DNA from: Neoconidiobolus thromboides FSU 785
Lineage: Eukaryota; Fungi; Entomophthoromycota
Length of the DNA: 64,000 nt
Assembly (NCBI GenBank): GCA_025603075.1
Contig: MU626324.1
Location: forward strand, 40,611 to 104,610
Direction of reading: 5' to 3'
The notes beneath the pieces were generated by a model, which made no database searches, was not told the origin of the DNA, and worked only from the letters and a program-made list of their open reading frames with translations. Below, in pieces: positions 36,266-50,661 of this stretch. The position numbers and the translations under genes are program-made. Position 1 is the stretch's first letter. Each line of letters starts with the position of its first letter.

Positions 36266-36371
36266 ATATGAGGATGTATTTTTGTGTTTAAGAATTTTAC
36301 TAACAAATTTTCCACTCAAATAGTGCTTAAAAAACGGAAAAATAATGAAATCAAAAAAAACAGCCCCATAT
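36266..36371 (+). mobile_element. Family-1 MITE-like element, copy 12
   Basis: ATATGAGGATGTATTTTTGTG...TTTTCCACTCAAATAGTGCTTAAAAAACGGAAAA...CAGCCCCATAT. Confidence 0.85.
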
Positions 36372-36764
36372 AGTTTATTTCAAAGTTTAATCAGTCAATT
36401 TATGTTTAAGTTGAAAAAAATTACAAAATAAAATGAAAATTATAGAATGATAAATTTCAACTCTAAAGTATTGAATATTTTAAATGAAAAAAATGAGCTA
36501 TAAAGATCATAACTAGAATTAGCTTTGAGTAGTATAAAGTCTTTTCGAAGTTACATATTAACTATTAAATTTTATACATCCTAACAATATTATTTTAGTT
36601 ACTATAATAATGGTTTGTGTATTATTCAACACCATAAAACCATAAAAATTTACCATACGAAATTAAGCTATTTTTATTATTAAATTTATCGTTAAAATAT
36701 AGCGCAGTACAAGTTTCAGCCATTTTTGAATATCATAAATTTAAAATAAAGTTCTAAAATACAT

Positions 36765-36900
36765 TATTTAGGCTTTTGAAAAATAATCAGTTTTAACTTA
36801 AACTTTAAGACCAGACTTAAAGAGCATAGAAAGAACCCCTAATAAAAGACTTGGTTTTAACATACCAAGAGTTTAATGTAATTACATTTTGTTCTGAGAC
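36765..36900 (+). mobile_element. Possible relic of a GIY-YIG endonuclease (Penelope-like)
   Basis: One stop-interrupted frame reads YLGF*...NFKTRLKEHRKNP**KTWF*H. Spacing from the YIG-like triplet is longer than usual. Confidence 0.2.
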
Positions 36901-37203
36901 TTTACGGTACTAAATAAAACTTTAGTAAATCCACTAATTAAATTTTGTACTCACACTAGTGTAAGAAATAGTACTACATGTTCGAAACTATTCTAGGATA
37001 CAAAGCTCCCTACATTTGATAATATTTCAACATCAAACTCAGGCTAAATATCTTTTTAAGTCCCTGAGTTTAGTTACTCAAAATGCGAAAAAGAGACCAT
37101 AATTCTGCATTAATGTTTTTGCAAATGGAAGCAATTTCCAGTAACTATAAAAAAAGATGATGTGTTTAATAAAACCCTTAATTAATTTAAAAAACAATTA
37201 GCA

Positions 37204-38390
37204 ATGAATTTGAACGAAATAGTACTAAACTACAAGGAAAAAGTAAATGAAAATTTGATTTGTAGTATATGTTGTCAGCCATACATTGACCCAGTGACAA
37301 CCCCTTGTCAGTAAGTAGTTCAAGTCTATCTTATCAGTTACTAATATCTAGTCATTATTATTGTAAGGGTTGTATAAATCAAGCTTTAGACATAAAAGAA
37401 GAATGTCCAATTGATAGGCTACCGTTAAACGATTTGATTTTACAAGAGTGTCCTTCCATTATTTCAAATATGATTAATGAGCTTGAAGTTTTATGTCCTA
37501 ATAGTGAAATTGGTTGTGAACACTCATGTCAGCGCTCTTTATTATTGAATCATATTGAAAATTGTCAATTTAAGCGCGGTACAAGTGAAGGGAAGGATGA
37601 AATATTAAAGGTAATTATTTAAGTACTACTTTGAACTGATTAAAATTTAGGAAAATGAGAACAAATGTCCACACTGTAATAAGGAAATAAGGAAAGAAGA
37701 AATAATTAGGCATATACTGGATTGCGATCAATTAAAAATAAGCTGCAGTTGTCAGCGTTATGGATGTAGCTGGAGAGGGATAAAAAAGGATTTAGAACAA
37801 CACAATCAGTCTTGTTACTATATTAAACTAGAACCTATATTAGGAAAACAGGAAAATCGAATTACAGAGTTGGAAAATACTAATGGTCAACTAAAGGCTT
37901 TACTTCAAGAACTTAATGTTAAATTAAAACATACCGTCGATGAATTGCATCAGATTCGTAACTGTAATACTTCTAATAATTTAGAAGCACCACGACCAAT
38001 TGCTTTTCCTGGAGAAGAAATGGCGGCAGCAATGCTAGAAAGAATGCATCTAGAACACCAAAGGTTGAGATTTGAGGTTATTAATCTTACCAGTAATTTG
38101 CAATCAATGGATCTTAAACATGATCTTGCATTAGCTAATGAAACGTTACAATTAAGAGAACAGATTCAAAATTTAAGATCAAGCTACCAAGGATTAAGAT
38201 CGGATCTTGATACCTTTTCTTTAGAAAGACATGCTTCTACCCTTTCTGCTATTGCCAATTTACATAAAGCTTCTAGATCTACCAGGCCAACTTCTTTTAT
38301 GCACTCTAGTAAGTATTATATTTTTAAATATATATATTATTAATTTTTAATTTAGATAAGTCTGGAAGATCATCCGATTATAAACTTTAA
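37204..38390 (+). CDS. RING + TRAF-type zinc-finger E3 ligase-like protein; 4 exons
   Basis: ENLICSICCQPYIDPVTTPC|HYYCKGCI..AL....CPIDR (C3HC4 RING); NMINELEVLCPNSEIGCEHSCQRSLLLNHIENC and CSCQRYGCSW...DLEQHNQSC (TRAF-type Zn fingers); coiled-coil tail. Confidence 0.8.
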
Positions 38391-38625
38391 TTATTTTATT
38401 ATTTATTGATTAAATATCAAACTGTTGTATTATTAAATAGTTTTTATTTTATAGCTTATTTTTGATTTTTATAAAATCCATACTCTTGATTTGTTAGTTT
38501 ATTCAGTGATATCTAGTCATTGTTATGTACGTTGTTAATAATGTATTTGTCAAAAATTTATTTAATAATATCAAATAATAATGTTTATTTAAACAGCCAA
38601 ACATCTAAACATAAACCTGTCCAAC

Positions 38626-40034
38626 TTAATACAACCAACTAATACAATCTTTACACTCTGGATTTTCAAGTTTACATTCAGGTACATCATCAAAATAATT
38701 AATAACTTCTTCAATAACAACTCCTATGCGATGTTTTAAAATATCCATACTCCAATCTCTTTCTTTTTTAGTATCATAAACGCAAATCTTTCCAGTATGA
38801 CATTTACTAAACTAGTTAGTTTATTATTTATTATAATTAAAATTAGTGTATACCTTTCCATAGCATATCCACCAATATAACATGCACTTAATACACCCTA
38901 TTAACACTTAAATAAAATCATAATAAAGCAAAACAATATTACCTGACATTCTCCCATATAGATAGGGTCAGTATTATGACCAAAATGCCATATATGAGCT
39001 TCTTCTGGATCAATCGCAGGTATGCCTGGTAATTGAAGTCTTTCAAAAGCTCTTTTATCACCAGGAGCTTGAAAAGTAACCGTAGGTAAATTATAAGTTA
39101 AGCCAAGTAAAGCAGCTAAACCACCACCTAGAGAATGGCCAGTTAACCAAATATCTGCTCCTTGGTACATATCCTCGATTTTCCTAAGAATTTTCTAAAA
39201 ACAAATTATAAGCAGTTATTTAGCATTATTCTGATTTCTAACCTGGGCAGCAAAATAATAAATATCCGTATTATTAGCAGCTAAACTTTTTTCAAGGCAT
39301 TGACCATTACATTTATTACCACCTTCAAAGCAGTCACATACTTTGTACCAAGTTTGATCCACTCTTGCACAACAACAAGAAAATAATAAATTATCCTATA
39401 CAAACAATAAATGAACTATTTCTAACAATTTAAAATGCAACTTTACATTTAATTTATCTTTTCCAGAAGTTTTACTATCTCCACCTACCAATCCAGCACT
39501 TGTGCCTTTAAATGATACAATTATCGAACTATTATCTTTGTTAGCAAATACATAACCACGTAATCCATTTTCACCCTCTTCCCAACCAAAAGGTTCTCTC
39601 TAATTAATAGTTATTATTATAATCTCATAAGATGAATAAATCCCTACTTCCTTTACATCGTTTCCTAAATCTAACCAGTTCGGGTTACTAGGAGTAATGT
39701 AAGCATTAAAAGTCATTCTAGCTAAACTCAAAATCGTTCCTTTGTCTGTAACATCTGGAATGGTACGATTGATTCTTTTAGTAAAAAACTGTTGATTTTT
39801 TTTAAATTTAATTTTGTTGTCAATTGGCATGGGTATTCTTTTTATTGTATGAGTAAAAGGTACGTTGTGTCTTTTTTGGTCTTCATGAATGTGTTTTTCT
39901 TCAATATTTAAACTACGGAATATATCTTGAAATTCAATTCCATGGTGTAATACCTGATCTAGTTTAAATTCCTCATGGTAACTTAATGAATAATTGATAA
40001 AATTTAATAATATTAAAAATAGTTTGATTAACAT
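38626..40034 (-). CDS. ATG15: Autophagy lipase Atg15; multi-exon
   Basis: N-terminal hydrophobic anchor; PDVTDKGTILSLARMTFNAY, FGW...GLRGYVFAN, SFKGTS, DKLNDNLFFSCCCARV, IWLTGHSLGG, FQAPG, HFGHNTDPIYMGEC, KCHTG...HRI. Confidence 0.92.
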
Positions 40035-41095
40035 TCTTTTTAAAAAGAAAGAAAAGTAAAGTCTAAAGATTAAAAAAATGATAGTTTATTAAGCTTAGTT
40101 ATTCTAGGCTTAATAAAACTAATGGACTTTTTCGAATTGAAACCTATGGTTTAAAATTAATCTATTTTATTGGCTATTATTTTTTCATCTTATTTTGTAG
40201 TAGTCACATTTTATTAAAGTTTCTACTAATTATTAGGATATTTATATAATTAAGATAATTGTAAAAAGATCTTTAATAGGCACTTTGAACATTCAAATGT
40301 TTGAATTATCCAGATAACTACATTAAGAAACACCACTTATATTATAGTAATTATTTTTTATGGCTATTATTAAAGTGGACTATAGTGATATATATGTGTA
40401 TTTATGTACAAACTTCAAGTTTGGCTTGTAATTTCTAATTTAATCAAGTGTAATTATATTATATCATCTTCAAGAGCGATTTTCTACAACCCAGTACCTG
40501 TAAATAAATTATAATTGGGCTTATGTAGCTATTTGTAGTTTAATATTTAAAAACTCAAACTACAGTTTGAAAAATCAACATGATTTATATTATCAATCAC
40601 TATTGTAACTAGTTTATATAATAAATAAATAAATAAACTTTGATATGAAAATAATATTATACTTAAAAATCCTAATAATTTATTGAGTTTTATTATTTTA
40701 TTTTAATACCAAACTAGTTTTAATACTTCTTTTATTATTGGTTAATCTCCAACCCACCATTAACTAGCATAAATATAGAAATAAAAATTTGGGTGACTAG
40801 AGAAGAATCATGGTTAGCAAGTGGCTACAATTAAGATTCTAAATTTACTAAAAAAAATAAATGCTTCAAACCAAAAAATCGGCTTCAGAATTATTATTTA
40901 CACTAAAAAATTCAATTAAAACGTTATTTACACTTGGAGTTGACATTGAAAATAGGTTCGGTTCACTTTAAGAATGCTTTAAATTTTGCCTACAATTATC
41001 CGACATCATCTCTTCTAAGTATCTAAACTTTTATCTTCAAATTTCTTTTAATCGTACATGGATTCCATTTAACTTGTCTTTCTTCCTTCAAACAA

Positions 41096-41575
41096 TTAAT
41101 TCTTCTTTTTAGTAGCTGCTTTCATTTGCCAAAAGGGTTTGTTTTTTTCAATAGTTTTGATTTTCACTGCTCTCATATCCATTGAAGCTTCTAATTTTTT
41201 GACATTTCTCTTTTTCTTTTTAGTAATTTCTAAACAATTTAACAATACAGACAACGAATCAATGGAAGGTACAATAGGAGAATTAACAATATCAAAGGAA
41301 ATATCTGGGTTATCTGGACTAGATATATATTCTTTTACCATTGCTCTTCGCCATTCTTGTTTGTTTCGATATTGGAAAGCTAAATTACTTAATACATTTG
41401 GGGAAGTTTTATCCACTATTACATCCATGGAATTAATTAATAATACCCTTTTACATAAACTGGAGTTGGTGGAACTTTTTAATTTGGACATACCTAACAT
41501 CAAAGCTTGATTAGGCGCCTCAAGTGGATTCTCTTTGGGTGATGTATTCATTATTGTAGTTGGTGTAGTTAACAT
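41096..41575 (-). CDS. Hypothetical 159-aa protein with a SERTA-like motif; 3' end may be frameshifted
   Basis: Open frame with QALMLGMSKLKSSTNSSLCKRVLLINSM and a basic tail. Coding-like sequence continues in another frame past the stop. Confidence 0.5.
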   Translation of the reverse strand: MLTTPTTIMNTSPKENPLEAPNQALMLGMSKLKSSTNSSLCKRVLLINSMDVIVDKTSPNVLSNLAFQYRNKQEWRRAMVKEYISSPDNPDISFDIVNSPIVPSIDSLSVLLNCLEITKKKKRNVKKLEASMDMRAVKIKTIEKNKPFWQMKAATKKKN

Positions 41576-42027
41576 AATAAAATTTCAAATTTAAATGAAT
41601 TGATAACTTAAGTTGACATTTCATTTATACTTTTTACCCTTAAAATTTCAATTTATTATTGGTAGTCAAGGACAATAACAAATTAGATTCCTTTTATGGG
41701 TTCAATAGAATTCAGAGCCTATTATTAAATTTAAAAGTTGACAAATCATGCTAGTGGATAGTTTCAGCCAATTAATTACAATTTTTTGTCATTTGATTTT
41801 TTAATTAACATATTTGGAATGTTTTTTTCGTTTCAGCGTTGGAATTATGTTTGTTTTTAATTCTATGTGATGTAAAGAACGAACAAAATAGTTAATATAT
41901 TTTTTGTTAAACTATTAAAAATAAAATATATATTTAATATTCTTTTATAGTTTTTGAATTTGTTAAGGTTGAATTCTAAAAATAATCATAGAATAACATA
42001 TACCTAAAACAAGTATATTAAGATAAT

Positions 42028-42128
42028 ATATGGGGATGTATTTTTGTATTTAAGAATTTTACTAACAACTTTTCCGCTTATAGCGCTTAAAAATGGAAAA
42101 AATGAAGTCAAAAAAAACACTCCCATAT
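42028..42128 (+). mobile_element. Family-1 MITE-like element, copy 13
   Basis: ATATGGGGATGTATTTTTG...TTTTCCGCTTATAGCGCTTAAAAATGGAAAA...ACACTCCCATAT; small internal deletion, both CpGs retained. Confidence 0.85.
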
Positions 42129-42408
42129 AATAATCTATTTAGACTAATATTATGATATTTGAAAGAAAATTAAGATTAGATCAATTTTAAATATTTATTA
42201 TTAATTTATGTTATATTAGTTTAGTTTATTTGCAATATAAGTCTAGTTCTTTATATGTTATTTTAAATGTTAATTGTACAGTTATTTTTTCTATGTTTTT
42301 ATCAATTTCAAAAGTTTAAAGAATATATTTGTCAATTATGAGTTAAATAATTTTTAATAATACAATTGTAAATAATAAAATATTAATATAATGAATTTTA
42401 ATTTAACT

Positions 42409-43907
42409 TTATAATAGAATCCTATATTTTTCTTGATCTGGTACGTTATGAAGCATTAATTGACCATCATAAGAAAGAGAAGCAAATAGCCAAGGATTAG
42501 ACTTTGACCATTTAATTGAATAAACAGAATCTTCATGCTGTTCATAACTAGCAACTACTTTATCAATTCTTTGTTGTTCATTATCATTAAATACGTTTAC
42601 AGAAGATAAATTAGGGTTGGAATATAACAAGATTCTGCCATCTGATCCTCCACTTAATATTAATTCGTCATAATTTTCATTAATTTGTAAACTCCAAACC
42701 CTAAATATTATTATTATTATTATGTTATGATAGTATGAATATGTTATTTTAAAACTAGCTTACCAATGAGTATGTTCTTCATAAATTTTTAAACAATTTT
42801 TTAAATTTCTTAAATCCCAAAGTTTAACTTTACCATCAATACCGCCAGTAACAAATTGGTGATTTAATTTTTTATTTAAATTTAAACAATTTAATTGACA
42901 ATGATCTGTTTTTAATTGATGATTTATTTTATTACTTTTACTATCAATTCCTACTAAATTATCTTGATAACCTAAAAAAAATGTTTGTTCTTCATTGTGC
43001 CATTCTCCACAATTAATTTGACTTGTTTCATTATTACTTTGATCTAATAAACTATGAATTTCATGTTTGAACTTTATATTAATATTAATATTAATTAATA
43101 AAATAAATTAATAATAATAATAATAATATTTACTATACATTTACTCATATCATTCGATAAACTCCATAGATTTATACTGTACTTATTGATAGAAAATAGT
43201 TGATTGTTATTAACATTATAATCCCATAGTATTCTTAGTAAAGGTTATTAATTATTATTTTTAAATTATTAATAAATATTTTTTACTTCTTAATAGGATC
43301 TTTCGAATCCTTTTTCATAGTAGCTATTGGTACTAAAGAACGAGAAATTTTACCATCTTCTCCTTCATTATTTAATAACTCAACATCCGGCATCTTCCAT
43401 AATGTACAACCATAACTCATTTGTTCCAAATTAGAATTCTAAATTATTTTTATAAATTTATTGTTAATTTTATAAATATTCAATATTACCATATGACATG
43501 TAAATATTAAGCTTGTATCTTTTGGACATGGTGATAATGACAATACTTGTTCTGGATGTTTATAAATGATATTTGTGATGTTATTTGTGACTGAGTTATA
43601 ACCTATTAGATGTACCTATATTTTAATAGATGCTATTTAATCGTGTTCTTCTAACATAAATTCGTTTATTATTAAAATTTATTGAATTGTTTACCTCATT
43701 AGTAGAATCCAAATCACAAGTACCAACAACAAATTTTGATATTTCATTTTCAGTAATATTATTGGGATCATTATATACCGATTCTAAAGCCCTTGCCTAT
43801 AAAAAATAAGAAACTTATTTAAACATTAATTGAAATACTCAATTTACTTGATGGTTTAACCCATAAGCATAGGTGTTTTCCATAGAATTAAAAACATTGG
43901 TTTCCAT
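42409..43907 (-). CDS. EIPR1: EIPR1/TSSC1 WD40 protein (EARP/GARP interactor); multi-exon
   Basis: N-terminal YAYGLNHQ|ARAL...FVVGT and C-terminal EQHEDSVYSIKWSKSNPWLFASLSYDGQLMLHNVPDQEKYRILL match the family ends. Confidence 0.85.
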
Positions 43908-44371
43908 TAAACCTAAAAAATAGCAACTTAAAACTTCAAAAAGAGACTAAACAAAACTAAAAAGAAACTTTTAAGTTGAAGTTATTTTCAAATTCTTCAT
44001 AAATTTAATCTATTTATTATAATTTCGATGTATGATTACATACTAAAGGAAACAATATTATAACTTTTTAAAAAAAGTTAATATCAGAGTCCTAACTCAA
44101 ATGAATCGATAAAAAATTACACGGGCCAAAAGAAGACCTTTTGGTTAAAAATTGTGTAAAATTTTTTAATATTTCACAAATGTAACAGACGTATAAGCAT
44201 TAAAATTATCTTCTATGAAAAAGATATGTTAAGGTCCTGACAAATTGTGGATAAAAGTTTATAAATAATAGAAATAATTGTTTTTTATACATATTCTTTG
44301 ACCGGATTTTGTGGGATTTTATATTTTCATTAAGTTGTTAGTTTTAAAAAATGAAAATTTGAGTGATCATT

Positions 44372-44379
44372 CATTGGCT
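44372..44379 (-). promoter_or_regulatory. CCAAT box (AGCCAATG) upstream of NOG1
   Basis: NF-Y-type match ~150 bp upstream of the ATG in the EIPR1/NOG1 divergent region. Confidence 0.3.
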
Positions 44380-44523
44380 ATAGAGATCAAATTTAAAAAA
44401 TTTCGATAAGATGGGATTTTGGGGGTTCTTTAGAAAATTGCTTTTTTAATTGCTACTTAGTCTTTCAACTAATTCAAATTAAAAAGTACTCAATTCAATT
44501 TATTTCAACATAAAACAATCAAT

Positions 44524-46799
44524 ATGTCGTCCATTTATAATTTTAAAAAGATAGCAGTAGTTCCAAATGCAATGGATTTTTTAGATATTGTATTATCTAA
44601 AACCCAACGCAAAACACCTACTGTTATTCATAAAAATTTTAAAATCTCTCGTATCCGTAACTTTTATATGCGTAAAATTAAGTTTACCCAAGAAAATTTT
44701 GAAGAAAAATTAAAGGGTATTTTGGATGAGTTTCCTGTATTGAATGTAAGTATTTATTATTGTTTTTCAATTTGAATTTTTATACTAATATAACTTTCTT
44801 TACTTCTATTAGAATATTCATCCTTTCTATGCTGATTTAATGAATGTATTATACGATAAAGATCATTATAAATTAGCTTTAGGTCAAATTAATACTGCTC
44901 GTACTTTGATCAATAATGTAGCTAAAGATTATGTCAAATTAATTAAATTTGGTGACTCTTTATATCGTTGTAAACAATTAAAAACTGCTGCCTTAGGAAG
45001 GTAAACATATTTTAATACACATTAAAAAATAATAGTTTTAAATAATAATAATAATAGAATGGCTACTATTATGAGACGTCAAAAAGATAGTTTGGCTTAT
45101 TTAGAACAAGTACGTCAACATTTAGCTCGTTTACCATCGATTGATCCAAATACTAGAACTTTATTAGTGTGTGGTTATCCAAACGTAGGAAAATCAAGTT
45201 TTTTAAATAAAATCACACGTGCTGATGTGGAAGTACAACCATATGCTTTCACCACTAAATCACTATTTGTCGGACATATGGATTATAAATATTTACGCTG
45301 GCAAGTAATTGATACACCTGGAATTTTAGATCATCCATTAGAACAACGTAATACAATTGAAATGCAATCGATTACGGCTATGGCACATTTAAGGGCTTGT
45401 ATTTGTTTTTTTATTGACATATCCGAACAATGTGGATATTCTATTCAAGATCAAGTGAATTTATTTTTAAATTTAAAACCTTTATTTAGTAATAAGCCAA
45501 TTACTCTTTGTATTACTAAAATTGATACTATTCGTCCAGAAGATTTAAGTGAGGAAAATAAAGCTTTACTTGAAAGTATTTCAAATCTTAAGGGTGTAAC
45601 TGTATCTCAATTCTCCTCTTATACCGATGAAGGTCTCATGGAAACTAGAAATAAGGTAGCTTAAATTAAGATTATTTTTTTATAAAGGTTTGATATTAAT
45701 TGTTAAATTTCATAGGCTTGTGATGTACTTCTTACTGCTCGTGTTGATAACAAACTTCGTAGTTCTAAAATTGGTGATGTACTTAATAAACTTCATTTAG
45801 CTATGCCAAATCAACGTGATAATCAAGTAAGTTTATTCAATCATAAATTATTAATAAATGTTAATTTAATCAAAATAGGATCGTCCGCTTCAAATACCCG
45901 AAAGTGTTGCAACCCGTCAACGTTATGATCCAAATGATCCAAACAGACCTAAACTTGAAGTTGATGTTGAAAAGGAAAATGGAGGAGCAGGTGTTTATAA
46001 TGTTGATCTTAAAAAGAAATATATGCTTGAAAATGAAGAATGGAAATATGATGTTATACCTGAAATTATGGATGGTAAAAACGTGGCTGATTTCATTGAT
46101 GCTGATATTATGGAAAAATTAGAAGCACTTGAAAGAGAAGAAGAAAAATTAGCTGAACAAGGGGTTTATAATTCAGATGATGAAGAATTAGATCCAGATG
46201 AAGAAATTATTCGTGAAGCAGCTTCTAAAATTCGATATAAGAAACAAGTTTTAATAAAAACTCATAAATTAGAAAAAGGTAAAACCGGTTCAATTATGGG
46301 TAAGAAATTTGCTGCTGCTGTAAGTTTTTATTTTGTTTAAAATTTAGATATTAACATTAATGCTTTATTTTTAATTTAGCGTTCTACTACCAATACGCTT
46401 AGTAAACATCTCACTTCCCTTGGATTGGATCCTACTAATGCTGTTAATTCAATGGAACAAAGTAGAGTTACTACCAGATCTAGATCTATTTTACCAACAA
46501 AACAAGAAAGAGAACAAACTGTCACTAGAGCTGATGGAAGTAAAGCACGCCGTGATCGTAGTACCCATGGTCTCAAGAATGTTGAGGTAATTATAAATAG
46601 TTAAATTTAACAAGAATAATATTTAATGTTATTTTTTAAATATTAGGATCTTAATATGGCTGATAAAATACGTAAATCAGCTCGTAAAATACCTAATCTT
46701 ATGGCTAAGCGAGGAGAATCAGATCGTGCTATTTTAACTAAAATGCCTAAACATTTGTTTTCTGGTAAACGTAAGTCAGGTACTACTGATCGTCGTTAA
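44524..46799 (+). CDS. NOG1: Nucleolar GTP-binding protein Nog1; multi-exon
   Basis: [76 protein letters not shown], and the end [19 protein letters not shown]. Confidence 0.95.
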
Positions 46800-47265
46800 A
46801 AGAATCGATAGTATTAATTATCTTCTCTTTTTACAAATTAATGTGGGTTTTTATAATGTGAAAGTATTATAATATTACAATAATAATGCTTTTTTTTATG
46901 ATTATTATTATATATATTAAAGATAGAGTTTTAAAAATTTATGAGTTTGTTAAATGGAATTGTTTTGTTTTTCAATTGTTTCTGATTTCTATGTGGTTTT
47001 GGTTCTGTCTAAAGTCTCTTGATTTTATTGAGCATGCTAATTAATTTGATTTAAAAATAAGCATAAAATACTATTATTATTGGCCATAAAAAGAAGAAAT
47101 GGGAATTTCAAAAAAAATCGGTTTAGTACACTAATAAAAACATAACGAATAATTTTTAGCATTTGCTTACACGCTACAATAAAATAAAAAATTTAACCAA
47201 AATAAATCTCGACCCCTCAAAAAATAGAGATAATTTTTTATTTCAACAAAAATTAAAACTAGAGA

Positions 47266-48337
47266 ATGAAACCTGTATTAAGTTATATAAATGAAGGAAT
47301 GACTTGGGTAGTAGAAACAATAAGTCAAAAGATGCCATTAGAAACAGATTTCAATAATCCATTAGGTGGTTCTTGGTATATATCACCCGCTCAACACGGT
47401 TATGAAATTTTATTATTATTTATTTTATTTTGTACTTTATTTCTTTTTACTTTAAAGAAGATTATTAATCCAGAGTAATTTTTATTATCAGTTACTAGTA
47501 AGATTAATACTAATAATTTGCACTTTCATTTATTGTACTCAGGTCCAAACAATGGAAATTATTAGCTAAATTTGATAAACAAAAGTCTGTGACAATAATT
47601 GAATATATATTAGCCATATTAACCTTAGCAAGCTGGGTATTAATAGTTAATTACAAATACCAGCGTAATCAATTAATTGTATTGTTACAACCATGTCACT
47701 TTAATCTATTAGTATTAACTTTTATTCTATTATTTCCAAAAAAATATAATATAACTCACTTAATTTATAATATTTATGTTTATGGTTTATGGGGAACGTA
47801 AGTTTGTTATCGTTGTTATTTATGCATTAGTTAATGATTTATTTTGATTTGATTAGTACTTTAGCTATTGTTCAACCAGATTTAAGAGGCTATGACTTTT
47901 TTTTTGAAGCTGAAAACTTTTGGATAGGCAAGCTCATTTAGTACATTTGAAAAAAACAAATAAACCCTTTTATCTTTTCTTTAGAACACTATGTCCTGCT
48001 TCTTGCCCCCATTTTATTGATGTTCACTGACAGATATGTATTATGGCCTCCAAGTCTAAGCGTTGGAATAATGTCATTCTGTTTAAATGCATTTTATAAT
48101 ATGACATTTTTAGCTTTATTTGCTTTAATTACTGGACAAAATCTAAATTATTTATTATCTCCACCACCAGGTATTTTAGAATATTTTGGAAAATATTATC
48201 GTACAGTTATGTTAGCTGTAGCTTGCCTTTCCTCTTTTGTGTTAAGGTTAACTTTTGTTGAATTGGGTGCTTTTATTTCTTTGAAGATTAAAGCGGCTTG
48301 GAAAAATAGTACAGAAGACAGTAAAAAGGTACAATAG
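47266..48337 (+). CDS. TMEM164: TMEM164-family membrane protein; multi-exon, one GC-AG intron
   Basis: GGSWYISPAQH, LLQPCHFNL, QPD, FWI|EHYVLLLAP, GQNLNYLLSPP and G..YR resemble TMEM164. Confidence 0.7.
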
Positions 48338-48843
48338 TGTGTCTAAGAAACAGAAGAAGTGATATTGTTGCAGTTTACCTAGAAGTTTAGTGGATTAATT
48401 TTAGAGTTTTATTATCCTTTAGTATGAGCTTATATGAAATATTGAAATATATTTTTTATCAATAAATATATAAGTTATAATATTTTGGTATTCAAAATGT
48501 GTTTATATCTTTTATATAATTTTACTTGTCTTTATTTAAGATTTTGATATTTTAATATTAAACTTTCAATAATAGCAACTGGATTTTTATTAATATTTCA
48601 AATAATTTATCCATTTTCTATTATTACAAAATGGAAGTTTATTTGATGTCACCTCCTTACAAATAAACCAATAAAATTAATAAAACTTCCTAATCAAAGG
48701 AATGGGTTTACTAAATTTAGAAAAAAGAGTAACCATTTTTTAATTCACCCATTGAAATTGTTCTAGTATTAAAACTGAACATTTCAATTAAATTTTAGTT
48801 TTAATTTTTAATTCACTTAATATTTTTTATAAAAAAATAACGG

Positions 48844-50661
<1,818 letters not shown>

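Noticed and set aside
41139-41510. 123-aa plus-strand ORF
   Set aside because: Antisense to the 159-aa ORF; Phe/Ile/Leu-rich as expected for the complement of a Lys/Asn-rich frame.
43085-43130. AAT microsatellites (also ~45040, ~49835, ~61521)
   Set aside because: Ordinary slippage repeats in introns, Asn runs or AT-rich spacers.
45904-46576. ORFs at 45904 (+) and 46376 (-)
   Set aside because: Off-frame and antisense shadows of NOG1 exons.
48631-48666. 11-codon uORF upstream of CBK1
   Set aside because: Short ATG-stop frames are common in AT-rich DNA and the TSS is unknown.
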